Assembly (NCBI GenBank): GCA_034780895.1
Contig: JAUZTB010000057.1
Location: forward strand, 23,209,451 to 23,273,450
DNA from: Rhynchobatus australiae
Lineage: Eukaryota
Direction: 5' to 3'
DNA: 64,000 nucleotides
The translations under genes were made by a program, and so were the position numbers. Shown here in pieces: positions 50,760 to 64,000 of this stretch. The number at the start of each line of letters is the position of its first letter. The stretch's first letter is position 1. The notes under the pieces are model-generated. The model saw only the letters and a list, made by a program, of their open reading frames with translations. It made no database searches and was not told where the DNA came from.

Positions 50760-52964
50760 CTAAGACAGAACACAAGAGATTAATTCTTCACCTGCTGTGA
50801 AATGATTCAGTATGGCTACATATAATAATTGAATCCAAGTGGATGTCCTTAATTATCCATTATTAACAATAAAATTTACATAGAAATTTAGCACAGAAAC
50901 TAGATATTCCAATAAAATGATCTATGCCAATATTTAAACTCCACAACAGCCTCCTCCCGGATGAATACCTCTCACCTTACTCCTGATATGATTATCTACC
51001 ATCATCTTAAATATACCAGGGTATTTGATTCAGTACTCCATGTGTTTCTGAATTTCACATTCTAACCTTGATGAGTAAAGAAGCTTCCTCAGAACCCCTC
51101 ACTGGATGTATAAGTGACTTTCTTTATTTGAGAAAGTTTTCACAAGAACACAAGGTGCAAGCATATAGGAGCAGGAGTAAGCAGCCAGGCCTCTTAGTCT
51201 ACTCAGCATCTAGTGTGATCATGGCTGATCCATAGTGGCCTCATCTCCTCTTCTGTGCCAGTTCCCCATAACCCTCAACTTAATCTTTCAAATATATACC
51301 TAACTCCACTTTAAATATCTGGCCTCTACCATTCTGGGGGGGGGGGAGATTGCAGAGAATTTCAGAGATTCACTACCCTCTGAGAGAGAACACAACACAC
51401 CTCAGTTTTAAATGCCCCTTATTTTTTAAACTATGTCCCCTTATTTCAGACTGTCCTGCTTCTCCGCATCCTTCTGTCCTTCCTCTTTACTTTTCTCATA
51501 ATCCTGTTGCTCTCTCTCTTGGTTTTCCTTTTGATTTCTTCTTTGATCCATCCGTTCAACAGATCCTAATTTAGCTCAGAAATGTACCTGAACACGACTA
51601 AGTCAATTCAGACCTTCAACATGCTTTGTCATTCAATTAGATAATGACTGATTTGTATATTAATTGCATCTGTCCATCTTAGTTTTGAAAGCTTTTACAT
51701 CCTTGTTTATACACTGGAATGCTGGTTACTGGTTCATTATAGTCTAAACACTCTGGGTGGCCTGCTAACACATGGAATAGCCAATATCAGTCCCCAGCAT
51801 TCACACTGCTAGCTGGGAAGCACCAGTGAGCCCTGCATCTCAACTCTGAGCAGCTGTCTGCTCACCCCTGCCTGCCCAACACTAACCCTCACACGCTTCC
51901 TCTGCACATTACCTCTGAGCTTCAATCCACACCACACCTTCGGCAATGAGATCACTTTAACTTTTCATTTCTGCCGGAATGCCGGTGGAGAGCTGAGTAC
52001 TCAACCAGGTTACTGGTGCAGCTGCTGGGAGGGCAGAGGTAAACTCCAGGTCCCCGGCCCAGCACTGCTATATATTCTATGCTATAATGACTTCTTCTAA
52101 TGCTGATTCCACTAGCGTTCTCAGTAACACATTCTGAGCACTAAGCAAGTACCGGTGTAATTATTTTAGTCAGGCCAGTTATGGTTCTTAAATAATTTCT
52201 AAGAAGAGGACACCACAAGCAAGACTACCATTTATTGCCCTGGTGGCAGTGGTGAACCACCTTCTTAAGGTTTCACATAACAGTCGTTCATTTTCTTAAA
52301 TGCACATGCAGGTTGAGAATGGCTCTCACTGAACTGCAAAATATACTGTGCTCTACTTCTGCCATACAGAATCTTTCCATAAGTTGCTAGTAATGTCTGG
52401 GGAAAGGATATTAAGTTGGTTGAAGGATTTGTAAACGAAATTGAAAACACAGACTGTTTAGAAATTAATGCCACTAAAGAGAAAAGTACAGAGTAAATCA
52501 CTTGTTCTCGAGTCCGTCACATCATGCTCGTTGCTTCCTTGGTCTTTAAACCATGTTTCTACTGCACAAGATGATGGATAAGAGTTTTGGTCCCAGATAT
52601 TTCCCTTTGCTCGCCTCAGGACAACACTTGGGGACACATAACTTCCAGGCTTTTGTAAAAGTTATAAAGTCAATGCAAAATTTCCAGCCTGAAAATATTG
52701 CACCCCTTTGCTTATATCATGAATTATCTATCTTTGCTTTAATAATTGTCAAAGATTGCTTCTACTACCCTTTGGCCATCTGGGAGAAAACAGATTATAT
52801 AATCTCTGTGTTAAATAGATGACATCTTATTTTAAACATTGAACGTTCCTGCCCATTGATGATAGCAATTGCTAAGAACGCTCATCCTCAGTGAAGCCTT
52901 GAAAGAGTACGACTTTTACAAGGAGGAAATATAGAAAATAATGAGATTAACACAGCACACATAC

Positions 52965-53068
52965 CACATAGTCCTCATATGAAATGGCACACCATTTGAT
53001 TAATCTGGATATGATCTTCACTGGGAAGAGATGCTGACATTCACTGGATATTGGAACAATACTGTGTT
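52965..53068 (-). CDS. THOC5: THOC5 exon ([35 protein letters not shown])
   Basis: ttttacag acceptor, gtatgt donor, 104 nt. Confidence 0.92.
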
Positions 53069-54072
53069 CTGTAAAAGAAGAGCAATTTAAAGAGCATATG
53101 AATATCACTATAAATTTAAGAAATAAATCCAGGGAGTCACTGAAACAAAAACAAGGCTTTAATATTTTCTTAAAATCGTCAATAAACAACATTATTGATA
53201 TTTGGCTATTTAAATTCCAGTATCGAGATCTTTGCATTTTAGATTCAATTTTAACATTCAAAACACCAAATGAAGAACAATTGAAAAGTTTTCAAATGTT
53301 GTCTATCATCTTCAACATCCACAAGCCTCTAGGCTTGGAACTGCAGCAAATGATTTAGCATTCAGCTTCAGCCAATTTTCAATGTTGCACAATTAGTTTT
53401 CCCATTGAAAATCAATCATGACGGAAGTTCATGGTGGACATGGGATGACTAGAAGGATCAGTACCCATCTTGCCTATTGCTCTTTATCCACACTATTCCA
53501 ATCCATATTTGTTGTTCTCAATTTGTCTCTAATTCAAAAACCAGCAACTACCTTGGCTGTGAAGTGACTGTAATCTCCATGACAAATGTAGCAACTCAAA
53601 CACTAAACATTATGGCATTGAGCCCCACAATCATTTGTTCAAATGAATGCCCCACTAATATATTTCCCAGCTAAGAAAACTTCACCAGGCATTTCAAACA
53701 TACAGAAGTTCACTTAACTAAAATTGAAAAGAGTCATTTTTAAGTATAAATATCATGGTCCTCAGACCTATTATGAGACACACAGCAAAAATACCCTGAA
53801 AGTAGACAGTTCCTGAGCTCCCACTGCATATGCACCTTCTTAAAGCAAACTCTGAGGCACGGATGGAAGCCAATGATTGTCTGTTTCACTGTTGTCGATT
53901 CATGGCCTAGGCATTAAATGAAACATGGGAAAGGGAAAAATTGACTTAAACTGGGAAAAGCAGAGCTGGTGGAAAGAAAATCTACTGAGATAATAATAAG
54001 TTGCATCTGTAGAGCATCTTGGTGAGAAAACACAAGATACAGGGAAAGCAAGTGGAGACCTAATTAAAGTAG

Positions 54073-54661
54073 TACTGCATGGAAACAGGCTCTTTGGTCA
54101 AACTCGTCCATGCTAACCAAGATACCCATCTAAGCTAGTCCCATTTGCCCACATTTAGCCCATGTTCCTTGCCTAGCCCATGTTCCTTGCCTATCCCTGT
54201 ACCTGTCCAAATGTCTTCTAAATGTTGTCATTGTACCTGCCTCAACCACTTCCTTTGGCAGCTCGTTCCATATAGGCACCATCCTCTGCATTAAGAAGTT
54301 CCCCNNNNNNNNNNNNNNNNNNNNNNNNNNNNNNNNNNNNNNNNNNNNNNNNNNNNNNNNNNNNNNNNNNNNNNNNNNNNNNNNNNNNNNNNNNNNNNNN
54401 NNNNCCCTTTAAATCTTTCCCCTCTCAACTTAAACCTATGTCCTCTAGTTTTAGATTCCCTTTCCCTGGGAAAAAAGACTGTGTGCATTCACCCTATCTA
54501 TGCCGCTCATGATTTTATACACCTCTACATGGTCACCTCTCAGTCTCCTATGCTCCAAGGAATAAAGTCCTAACCTGCCCAACCTCTCCTTATAACTCAG
54601 CTCCTTGAGTTATAATATTCTGGCAATATTCTTGTAAATCTTCTTTGCACTCTTTCCAGCT
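54073..54661 (-). mobile_element. CR1/HER1-type LINE 3' end in a THOC5 intron
   Basis: Minus-strand remnant FFPRERESKTRGHRFKLRGERFKG; same family as 30985-31500. Confidence 0.85.
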
Positions 54662-55103
54662 TATTTGTGGGAGGGAAATGAAAGAGGAAACCCAAGTAAT
54701 GGAACAAACCTTGTAAATGTTAATTCACACTTTCACTACTCAGGATCTTGTAGTTTTATTTAAATATTTCTTTTTTTATTGAAATATTTTTGTGTTCAGC
54801 ACCACTATTTGTTTTTTTTTTGATGAACGGAGATTATATTGAAGTCAGGAAAGGCAATGTGACTGAAAGAATGCTTTGGTTCTCTCTAGGTTATTATCAC
54901 AAAAATATACTCAAAGCATCTACCTCTGTTGTGAACTTGGAGAGAAAAAAGACTTCTGTCCTGATGAAACAAAAAAGGTAGAAAACTACATAATCTGCTT
55001 GGTTTCTACTGTGGCACCACCCTACTTAATCGGAACAAAGATTTTAGTTTAGTTCATGGCTCCTAGAAACTTGGGGAAAAGGAAGCCATTGTTTATTACT
55101 CAC

Positions 55104-55218
55104 CAAGTGAAGCAAACTGCTTCTGCAGAGCCAGTCGGGACTGCAACCTTACACGCAACAGTTTTATTGTAGTTTCCATGTGACTTGCACTCAAAGAATT
55201 GTCTGCTGTCACAGATTT
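55104..55218 (-). CDS. THOC5: THOC5 exon ([38 protein letters not shown])
   Basis: cgacag acceptor, gtgagt donor, 115 nt. Confidence 0.93.
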
Positions 55219-56543
55219 CTGTCGGAAGAGTAGAAATAAAAATATTTTCAAAAAATAATTTTGGTACAATTTTTGACTATATCCCAAAATCATAATTTTA
55301 CAGAATATTTTCTAACTTTCTCATATTTTATAAATAAAAGGGAAATGCAAATTTTGAGAATGAAAGTGTATGTGTACAGACATATCATACACATGAGAGG
55401 GGAGCACAGCCAGTAGCTGTACATTAACTGTCAATTAAATGTCACAGTGTAATTGTTGCTTGTCACTGAACTAATACATTTTTTCATTATTTCTCAATGT
55501 TTCAGTAAAATGTGTTCTAGCAAAGTTTAAAATCTTACACTGTGGATGCCAAATACCCATGCTTCTTGATTGTTCTGTCTCTCTCTTACAAAAAGATTTC
55601 ACCTTCTTAGATCCAACTGTCAGTCTTCCCCATACTTAACTTTACATGCTGTAGTTTTACAAATTTACTTAATCTATATCCCTTCATAATTTCTTGCTCC
55701 CATCTGCACAAATTACAGTGCCACCTATCTAGCTGTTATCTGTATATTTGAATATACAACACTCTATTCCCTCACAGCCGAAGTGTAAAGCCTCAGTCCT
55801 GATTCCTGTGTAATACCTCATTTCACATCTGACCAGAGTACATTAACATTTCCTTAATCTATCTGCTAAATGACAATTGATAAACATCCCAGGATGGAAT
55901 GAAAAAGAAATGCCCTCTCTGAATACAATTAACAAAAAAAAATGTCACTCTTTCCATGTGAAATGGAAAATTTTCTATAGTGACAATTTCAGTTGATAGA
56001 AGACAATTTCACGGTTGTGTGGTCATGCTTTATTCAATCATAAGTCATCCTAATACGTGCTTGGGTATGATTCAAACCGACAACCATGATCACTATAATT
56101 ATTGAGTTCTTCCTCATTTAACAGTCATGCACTTTTTTCATTTTATTTGTTATTAGTAATGATCCATATCATTGAGTAAAATAAAAAGTTGAGGGCCAAG
56201 GCCCATTCTAAATGATGGAAGAGCTGATAGCCCAGTATTTGTTTATTATTTAATGGAATAGACACATTGCCCTATTGGCCACAACTAAAGTTAAAATAAT
56301 TCTGGTCTTTGGTAGATGAATGAAGGTCGCTGTTAGAATATACTGCTTCCTAATGGTAAGTCCTGTAAGAAAAAAATCCCTGCGCCATAAATTATTAGAT
56401 ATAACATCTTACCCCTTTCACAGCAAAATCAAAACTCCTCACAGATAGTGTACTGCACTATGTTTTAACGTAATGCAAACAAAATCGTGTCACGCTGTAT
56501 GTACTAACATCTTAACAATCACCTCTAAATTCTGACACTTTAC

Positions 56544-56640
56544 CTGTGGCTGATCCTTCGGAAAATGCAGACCTCCAAGTTTCTGAACCCAAACATAGGG
56601 GTGTCCCAGCTCTCCAATGTAGTCACTAAAAGTTAAGATT
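56544..56640 (-). CDS. THOC5: THOC5 exon ([32 protein letters not shown])
   Basis: ttcgcag acceptor, gtaaag donor, 97 nt. Confidence 0.94.
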
Positions 56641-57049
56641 CTGCGAAGAAAAAAAGTTTTTATTTTTCCAACCAATATAGAGACATGATATGAGAATATT
56701 TAGACTCTAAATTCCTTTCTCCCATCAGATTTGCCTCATATTTTAGGAACCATAGGTAGAGAGTAATCATACTGTTTGATGGATGAAAATGACTTTAATG
56801 AAGTGGTGACTGATGGTGCAAATGTTCATCTCTGCTAGCTGAGTTATCCACAAATTATTAGAGGAAGGAGATCATTTAACACATCTTTGCTCATCAGCTT
56901 AGGAAAAGTTAGGAATGAATTGTGGCAGCATCATTAATGGTCATGAAACACCATGCCTCCAATGAACAGTCTCACTAGCATATCTGTGACGTAGTCGTGT
57001 TGTTTCGATTGGCACACTGAAGTGAAAGGTACTGAAAGAAAGCACTTAC

Positions 57050-57151
57050 CCAACTTTATCAAACTGATACTGATTAGCTGGATTTGGAGTCTTCTTGCCA
57101 TGGTCCCCAGGATACAGACAACTCAGTAGTGAGGCTGGAGACAATAGATCT
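57050..57151 (-). CDS. THOC5: THOC5 exon ([34 protein letters not shown])
   Basis: tgtag acceptor, gtaagt donor, 102 nt; contains the conserved LYPGD.G...PNPAN motif. Confidence 0.94.
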
Positions 57152-58219
57152 CTACATTCATAAAATATTTTAAGAAATGTGGANNNNNNNNNNNNNNNNN
57201 NNNNNNNNNNNNNNNNNNNNNNNNNNNNNNNNNNNNNNNNNNNNNNNNNNNNNNNNNNNNNNNNNNNNNNNNNNNNNNNNNNNNNNNNNNNNNNNNNNNN
57301 NNNNNNNNNNNNNNNNNNNNNNNNNNNNNNNNNNNNNNNNNNNNNNNNNNNNNNNNNNNNNNNNNNNNNNNNNNNNNNNNNNNNNNNNNNNNNNNNNNNN
57401 NNNNNNNNNNNNNNNNNNNNNNNNNNNNNNNNNNNNNNNNNNNNNNNNNNNNNNNNNNNNNNNNNNNNNNNNNNNNNNNNNNNNNNNNNNNNNNNNNNNN
57501 NNNNNNNNNNNNNNNNNNNNNNNNNNNNNNNNNNNNNNNNNNNNNNNNNNNNNNNNNNNNNNNNNNNNNNNNNNNNNNNNNNNNNNNNNNNNNNNNNNNN
57601 NNNNNNNNNNNNNNNNNNNNNNNNNNNNNNNNNNNNNNNNNNNNNNNNNNNNNNNNNNNNNNNNNNNNNNNNNNNNNNNNNNNNNNNNNNNNNNNNNNNN
57701 NNNNNNNNNNNNNNNNNNNNNNNNNNNNNNNNNNNNNNNNNNNNNNNNNNNNNNNNNNNNNNNNNNNNNNNNNNNNNNNNNNNNNNNNNNNNNGACACCA
57801 GAAGGCATGCTTATAAAATTCTATCCAACTCCAGTGACTGAAAAACTGACTATAATACACTCATGAAAGTAGTATAGGGTTAACAAGAGTTTTTGCACCA
57901 GAAGTCATGTTTACTGAATGCAACCCAGATTATTCATAGGTGGCAGAATTTCCACTGATTAAAATTGATTACTTTTTGTGATAAACCCATCCCAAGGGAG
58001 ATTGATAAAACTCAGTCAGACTTTCACTTTTAAATATATCAACAATAGTGTCTAAAGGAAAGAAAAATAAAGCCATTACAGTGCCCTACCATAATGGCTC
58101 ACTGTGGACTTTATATCTGTGATTGTATACTTACTGATCCAGTCCAAAGCAGAAACACTACCTTTGCAAGGCTATACTGACAGATATAATGTTTGGGGTT
58201 CATTCCCCCCAGCTCTTAC

Positions 58220-58328
58220 CCTGCACTGATAGCTACGGACATCTCTGTAGCTGTGGTTACTTTGGTCTTGACAGTCATTATATTGAGGTTCATCAAATAA
58301 TAGAAGTAGAGATGAAGAACACTGCCAT
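58220..58328 (-). CDS. THOC5: THOC5 exon ([37 protein letters not shown])
   Basis: ttttgtag acceptor, gtaaga donor, 109 nt. Confidence 0.93.
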
Positions 58329-59168
58329 CTACAAAATGGGGGGGATAAATGAAGATTAGAAACAAAACTATCAATCTGATTAAAGTGTATTCCGATACAC
58401 ACATGAAAGTAGCAACACTTNNNNNNNNNNNNNNNNNNNNNNNNNNNNNNNNNNNNNNNNNNNNNNNNNNNNNNNNNNNNNNNNNNNNNNNNNNNNNNNN
58501 NNNNNNNNNCAATAGTTCCACATATATATGATATGTGACTGTGCAGAACTACAATATGTGCAAATGAAATAAAACCAAACAACCTTTATTGTTATATAGT
58601 TTTCCCTTCATGTCATGTCACAGATTTTTGAGCTGCTATACACTGTGACAATTAAAACACAATACCAGAGGAATCCAAATGTTTGAGAACAAAAAACTGA
58701 TGTTACAGGTGATCTTTTTAAATTCTGAGCACAGCACGTATCTAGTACATAAAACTTCGAAAGAGAGAAAGAAGTGGAAACAGAGCCGCTGACAGCATTT
58801 CAGAAGTGCTGAGCCGAGCACCTGAATCGCCTAGGCTTAGAAGACTATGGGCCAAGTGCTGGAAGGTGGATTTAATATGGATGGTGCCCACTGGTCACCA
58901 TGGTTGTGGTGGATCAAATGGCTTGGTTCCATGCTGTTTGACAGTCCCACCCTTAGCAACAAATGCAGATACAAATCTTCATTTGTAGGAGCACATTAAA
59001 AAGCAATGGAGATGGTACATTAAATACAAAAGAGCAGTGTTGATCATACATAGCCTATTTTGCCGTGGTATTTTTCCACATGGCTTCTGTCATTTTTAGA
59101 TAATTTGAAGGTATATTGGCTTTTTCATTGGTACTACTTAAGATGATGAAGGGATGGTTAGCTCTAAC

Positions 59169-59268
59169 CTTTGTATTTCAGGTCTAAAGTAACAGACAGA
59201 GGGTGCCGTTTCAACATTTCTCTGCGTTTATCATCTAGCTGTAGGCCAAGAGTTGGGCGACGACGTTT
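59169..59268 (-). CDS. THOC5: THOC5 exon ([33 protein letters not shown])
   Basis: ttttcag acceptor, gttaga donor, 100 nt. Confidence 0.93.
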
Positions 59269-62246
59269 CTGAAAAACAGATCAATAGTTTGGGCAATGAT
59301 TTATACTCCCAGTTGACTTAAAAAATGAAGTTGCATTAACAATGTTAATACATTTATCACAACAGCTGCTCAAGAAAAAAAAATCATAACTTTAGAATAA
59401 GACATAACTAGATAAGTATAAGGGCCAACCATTTTGAGTATCTTCTTATGATATTTATTCTTGGCTATATCTTAAGAACTTTTACATTTCCCTTTGTGAA
59501 GATGCTTCTCAGAACACATTCCTAACATTTTTTTAAGCATAGAACTTATTTGCCTTAGAAGAAAACTATCTCAAGTAATCCTTTCATAAATGAATCACAA
59601 ACAAATTAATAAGGATAATTTTTAGAATGCATTTGTTTTGACACTGGGAAGGAGGATAATGACACAAGAGCACATCCTTGATAGACCCATCGGGACTAAT
59701 TGCCTAAAGAAACATAACTGTCAGTGGAGACAATCAACCTAGACTGTTTGATAGTAACTCAGTACCTGCTATATGCTAGATTAGGTAATTCCCCACGACA
59801 GAGAAGACATGAGGTACATTTAAATGTAATGAAATATGTTTCTCTTAAACTTATATGCAGTTCCAGTAGGTCTCCTGAACTGGTTCATCCTGGTGTTGAT
59901 AAGATGGGACTGTGAGAATCTCTTTTAGGATGACAGTAATTTATTTTGGGAAGGAGTCATGGGTAAACTGCCTACACAGATTAACAGTAATATTCAGATG
60001 GAACACTAAGCAGAAGCAGCAGATCCAGAAAAAGAATTTCAGTGGGACCCAGCTGCGTGTGAGCCTCCTAATTTCTTCACATAACGTGCTTGCTTGTACC
60101 AATGCTTTGTTATCAGTCTGGCCGTCCCTCTGGGATCTCCTGCAGAGAACACCCACCATTTAAGTGTGAATATGAACTCCAGTGGGAGGCATTCATTGAA
60201 TGTCTGCATTCTGCAATATCATTTGCATGAGTCAATTTATTGTTTGACTTGAAGGTTATCTGGAGAAAATATGCTGTTGCTTTTAAGATGCTGTATTGGC
60301 AAATCCAGAGGGAAAGAACTGACAGAAAGGGCAAGCAAGAATTGNNNNNNNNNNNNNNNNNNNNNNNNNNNNNNNNNNNNNNNNNNNNNNNNNNNNNNNN
60401 NNTGAAGAATACTGATCAAGCTCTGATAGCTGGTGCAGAAAAATTGAAAACATGTCAGGGATGACTGGTATACTTCAGCTGAATAGCTCTTTCGGATGCC
60501 ATTCATCACAATGCCATCTTCTCCTTAAGATAAAAGTCATCAGCAACACTGACCTATCATTTGAAAAAATCAATGCAAATGCACTTCTAATCACATTGTA
60601 CATTCTGGGAAACAGCAATTAATATTCATGAAGTTGGAAAGACCAAATCATGGAATGCATTTGATGTAAAGGACTAGCATTTCATCACTGACCCAAGGAC
60701 AGAGTTCCAGGGCATTAACCTCATATGAAAAAAGTGAACAGTGATTAGAGAAATCTGCAGTATTCTACTCTCCAATGGAAAGTGGTTGCCACTGTAACCA
60801 TCTGTCATGGATCATTATATTCACTTGCTCACTAAGATATAGTTCAAGGGGCACCTCATTCTCCCATTCAGCACTACAGGAAACCTTCAGACTGATAGCC
60901 ACCAAGGTGAGCTTTTCCAGTCAGGTAGCAGTTGAAGGGTACATACAGGAACTTGCTCACACACTTTTGCAAAAATAATCATTCATTGCTTTACGTGCTT
61001 TGTTCAGTGAAAATGGTGACAATTACAGATTACTTCAAAAATGTTAATAAGCAAGACTCCCCTCCTTTCATCATTTTCTAGTTCCTATGTTAAATGAATA
61101 CACAAAACTAAAATTAAAAAATGTCATGTTAGAATTCCAGTGTGCAAAATCTAATACTTTTCAAAAATCCCCATTTGGCTACATCCTTCTGATGGAACAC
61201 TGTTTATTAAAATAATCTATGGCCTATGACAACTTTAGCAAAGAACCAGCTCAACAAAAGTTTTCCTTAATGAATCTTTCCTCCCATGATGTAGAAGTTT
61301 TTGTTTCTATATTATACAATTACATTACCACATATTTAGGGTTTGAAAATCAACTAGAAACCATGATTAGGTACGGATCAAAAAAAATAACAACTTATTC
61401 GAGCCAGTGATGAACCCCTATCAACCTTCTAATCCACTTCAAAATCTACTTCCATAACATAGTTTACTGGCACCCTTCAGTCTCTGTGTCATTGAAACTT
61501 CATCTGTCTCTCATCACTGTTAGACCTGACACATTACTGTTTGGCCACCCATCCTCCAACCTTCCTGACGTTCAGCTACTCAAAAATTCTGCTCCTTGAC
61601 ATTATCATGCACCAACCCACGCACATATCATCAAGGTCTTTGTTGGCTCCCAGCAACTCAAATTTACCATAGTCATTTATATGGTAATACACATATCTAA
61701 AATCTTTTCCTAACTGAATTGCAGATCACAGTAACTCTGATATTCTTGTGTTGTCCCATCATTAGAGGGCATGCCTTCAGGCACTCAAGCCTCATCCTCT
61801 ACAATTCATCTCTTCCAAAAAAAGTCCCCCTTTAAAAGTGACTTCTAACAGGCTACATCTCATACACATTGGCTCCACTTTGTATATACTAGGTTGACAG
61901 GCATGGCTTTGTTTCATTTGCTTACAGATTAATTAAAGGCCACCAAATGAACCTTCTATGCTGAGAATTCATTATGTCAAGGCACTCATAGGAAAATTTG
62001 ATTAAAAATTTGATACATTTGATAAAAAAAAGTTAAGTTTTAAAAATTTCAGGTCCAAATTAAGAAGAAAGTTTGCCATCTCAAACACCCAACTACCTTC
62101 TGGTGAAGATGCAAAACTTTCCAGCATTGCCTGGTTTAGTAATTGCTGGTCAAAGGAGCATTTTCTCAGACTTTGTTTAGGAATACATCAGTGCCAGTGA
62201 ACATAATCTGAATAGATCAACTTCAGATGAAATTACTTTTACTTAC

Positions 62247-62290
62247 AGTTGTTGTCTGCTCCTCTTCTGCATCTGAGTCACTTTCATCAT
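62247..62290 (-). CDS. THOC5: THOC5 small acidic exon (DDESDSDAEEEQTTT)
   Basis: ttgcag acceptor, gtaagt donor, 44 nt, phase-consistent. Confidence 0.9.
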
Positions 62291-62613
62291 CTGCAATGTA
62301 AAGGCAAAGAAACTAAGAAATATAACAAAAAGAAACTGATAATCACACATTGTTTAGATGAAATAATGGATAGTGATAAGGAGAAAATCACTGGTTGATA
62401 ATCCCCTCCTCCTTTAAACTGAAGCCAGTTCTTCATTTCTAATAAAACAGCCACAATGAGATCTGACTGTGAGTGATACCTGGGGCCTCACTGGTGTGCA
62501 TGGCTTAATAGACATATGCCATGCCACAGAAAAAAATGTTTGCATGCTAATCAGAGCAAAAATTAATTTTGAAGTGAAGTCCTGAAGTCTTAATAAATAA
62601 GATTAGTTATTAC

Positions 62614-62691
62614 CTTGGGAATCCTCTGGTNNNNNNNNNNNNNNNNNNNNNNNNNNNNNNNNNNNNNNNNNNNNNNNNNNAAGATTTTTAT
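62614..62691 (-). CDS. THOC5: THOC5 exon (DKNL...PEDSQ), middle masked by a gap; upstream exons lie beyond the window
   Basis: ttgccag|ATAAAAATCTT and CCAGAGGATTCCCAAG|gtaata flank the N-run; 78-nt span. Confidence 0.85.
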
Positions 62692-64000
62692 CTGGCAAAA
62701 AAAATCCAATCTATTTAGTTGTGGATGTACTCATGGAAAACTCAGATATTTAAAGTTTATTTATAATTAAAAGCCACCATAACAATAGTTCATTGGCAAA
62801 AGATATGACTCGTCTTTTTCCTGTGACAGCATCTTACGCACACAAAAGTCAATCAAACAATTAAATACCAGGAAACTGAACAAAGTGCCTGCCACAAAAA
62901 GCTGCTATCAATATCTTGAAGTATAAAAATGTTTCTACAAATATCCAGCTTGTAGGCTGGAGGTATCAATGATTTGCTAAGTATTATTATACTTGATAGC
63001 AGGTAAATTGATCGTTTTTGCTTTAATTTTTTTGTTGCCCATCCAATAGCTCTGTGGATAGTGACTCAAACTATAAATGCAGTTTATAATCAGGGCAGGA
63101 AAACAACAGAAGTGCAGCAACTAACATTTATTTACACACAGTGATAGAGCAATAGTACAATACTTTTACTTAAGGCAAGGAAATCAAAGTACATAAGAGA
63201 GCAGGAGTATATCACTCATCTACCCTCCCCCCACCCCACACACACCCACCAAGCTGGTCTCACAAGTAAATATGATCATGACTGATCAGAGTCTATATTG
63301 ATGATGGAATAATATGACAGCACACTGCTTTAGCCAGTCATATTTTGTGTTATGGCTAAATTGGCATGCTTGATATTTTAGCTCACTGGCTCCAAAGCCT
63401 TATTACATTTTATTGTTCCTTTGGCTGGAACAAGAGTGCTTGCTGTCTCCATGTTATGTTAAACTCAGTGTATTTGCAGGCAAAAGGTTTCACCTTTCCC
63501 TTTAAAGGGAATCAAGGGAAACAGCTGGGTGCAGGAAAATGGTGTTGAGAGGAAGGATTGGATACGATCTTGTTAAACGGTGGAGCAGGCACAAGCTTTT
63601 TGTTTTATTTTTTTCCTTCACGTCACAGAATTATTATGTAAAACCAATTATTATAGTCACCCCATATTTATGGACTATATTATCTATTTTTTTGAAAATT
63701 CCAAAATGGAGTACAAAACATATTTAAAATACAACATTGTACAGATATAAAAATTAATTAGCTTTCTGAATTATACAGAAGTAAAACTAAGATCAAAACT
63801 GAAACCAATGAATTACTTTATAATAAAAAAATGCTATATTCTGAAGGGCATATATTCTAACTCCAAAAGTACAATATTTTTCCACGGCATTAATTAGTCA
63901 AAAATATGCAGTTTTGTGTGACTGCAATTAAGAGTGATGGAAGCTGTCATCACCAATACCAGCAAATGACAATAAGTAACTTGTTCACTGGTGCTTGGTT

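Noticed and set aside
54156-54193. 18-bp tandem duplication (tagcccatgttccttgcc x2)
   Set aside because: Ordinary slippage duplication inside a decayed LINE tail.

Overview
AT-rich, repeat-laden vertebrate genomic DNA with many assembly gaps. The SINE/LINE complement looks like a cartilaginous fish (shark or ray); this is an inference. It holds three spliced genes. (1) On the minus strand is the 5' part of an unnamed gene: a CpG-island first exon near 21.9 kb, a start-codon exon at 8122-8174 and an exon at 3892-4090 encoding a Castor-like C-x4-C...H-x-H-C-x2-C...H-x4-H zinc finger; the gene probably continues off the left edge. (2) On the plus strand is a neurofilament heavy chain gene (NEFH; CDS from 29273, three coding exons). 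Its tail is a 45-bp/15-aa tandem repeat without KSP motifs that runs into a gap. It has a TATA box, a compound REST/RE1 site and conserved-looking 3'UTR elements. (3) On the minus strand are the last 12 coding exons of THOC5 (62691 down to the stop at 45901), convergent with NEFH as in mammals. The rest is CR1/L2/RTE/Penelope-type retroelement debris, SINEs, a Tigger-like MITE and two local inverted duplications. Comparisons with human proteins, UTRs and repeat consensus sequences are from memory, not from a search.
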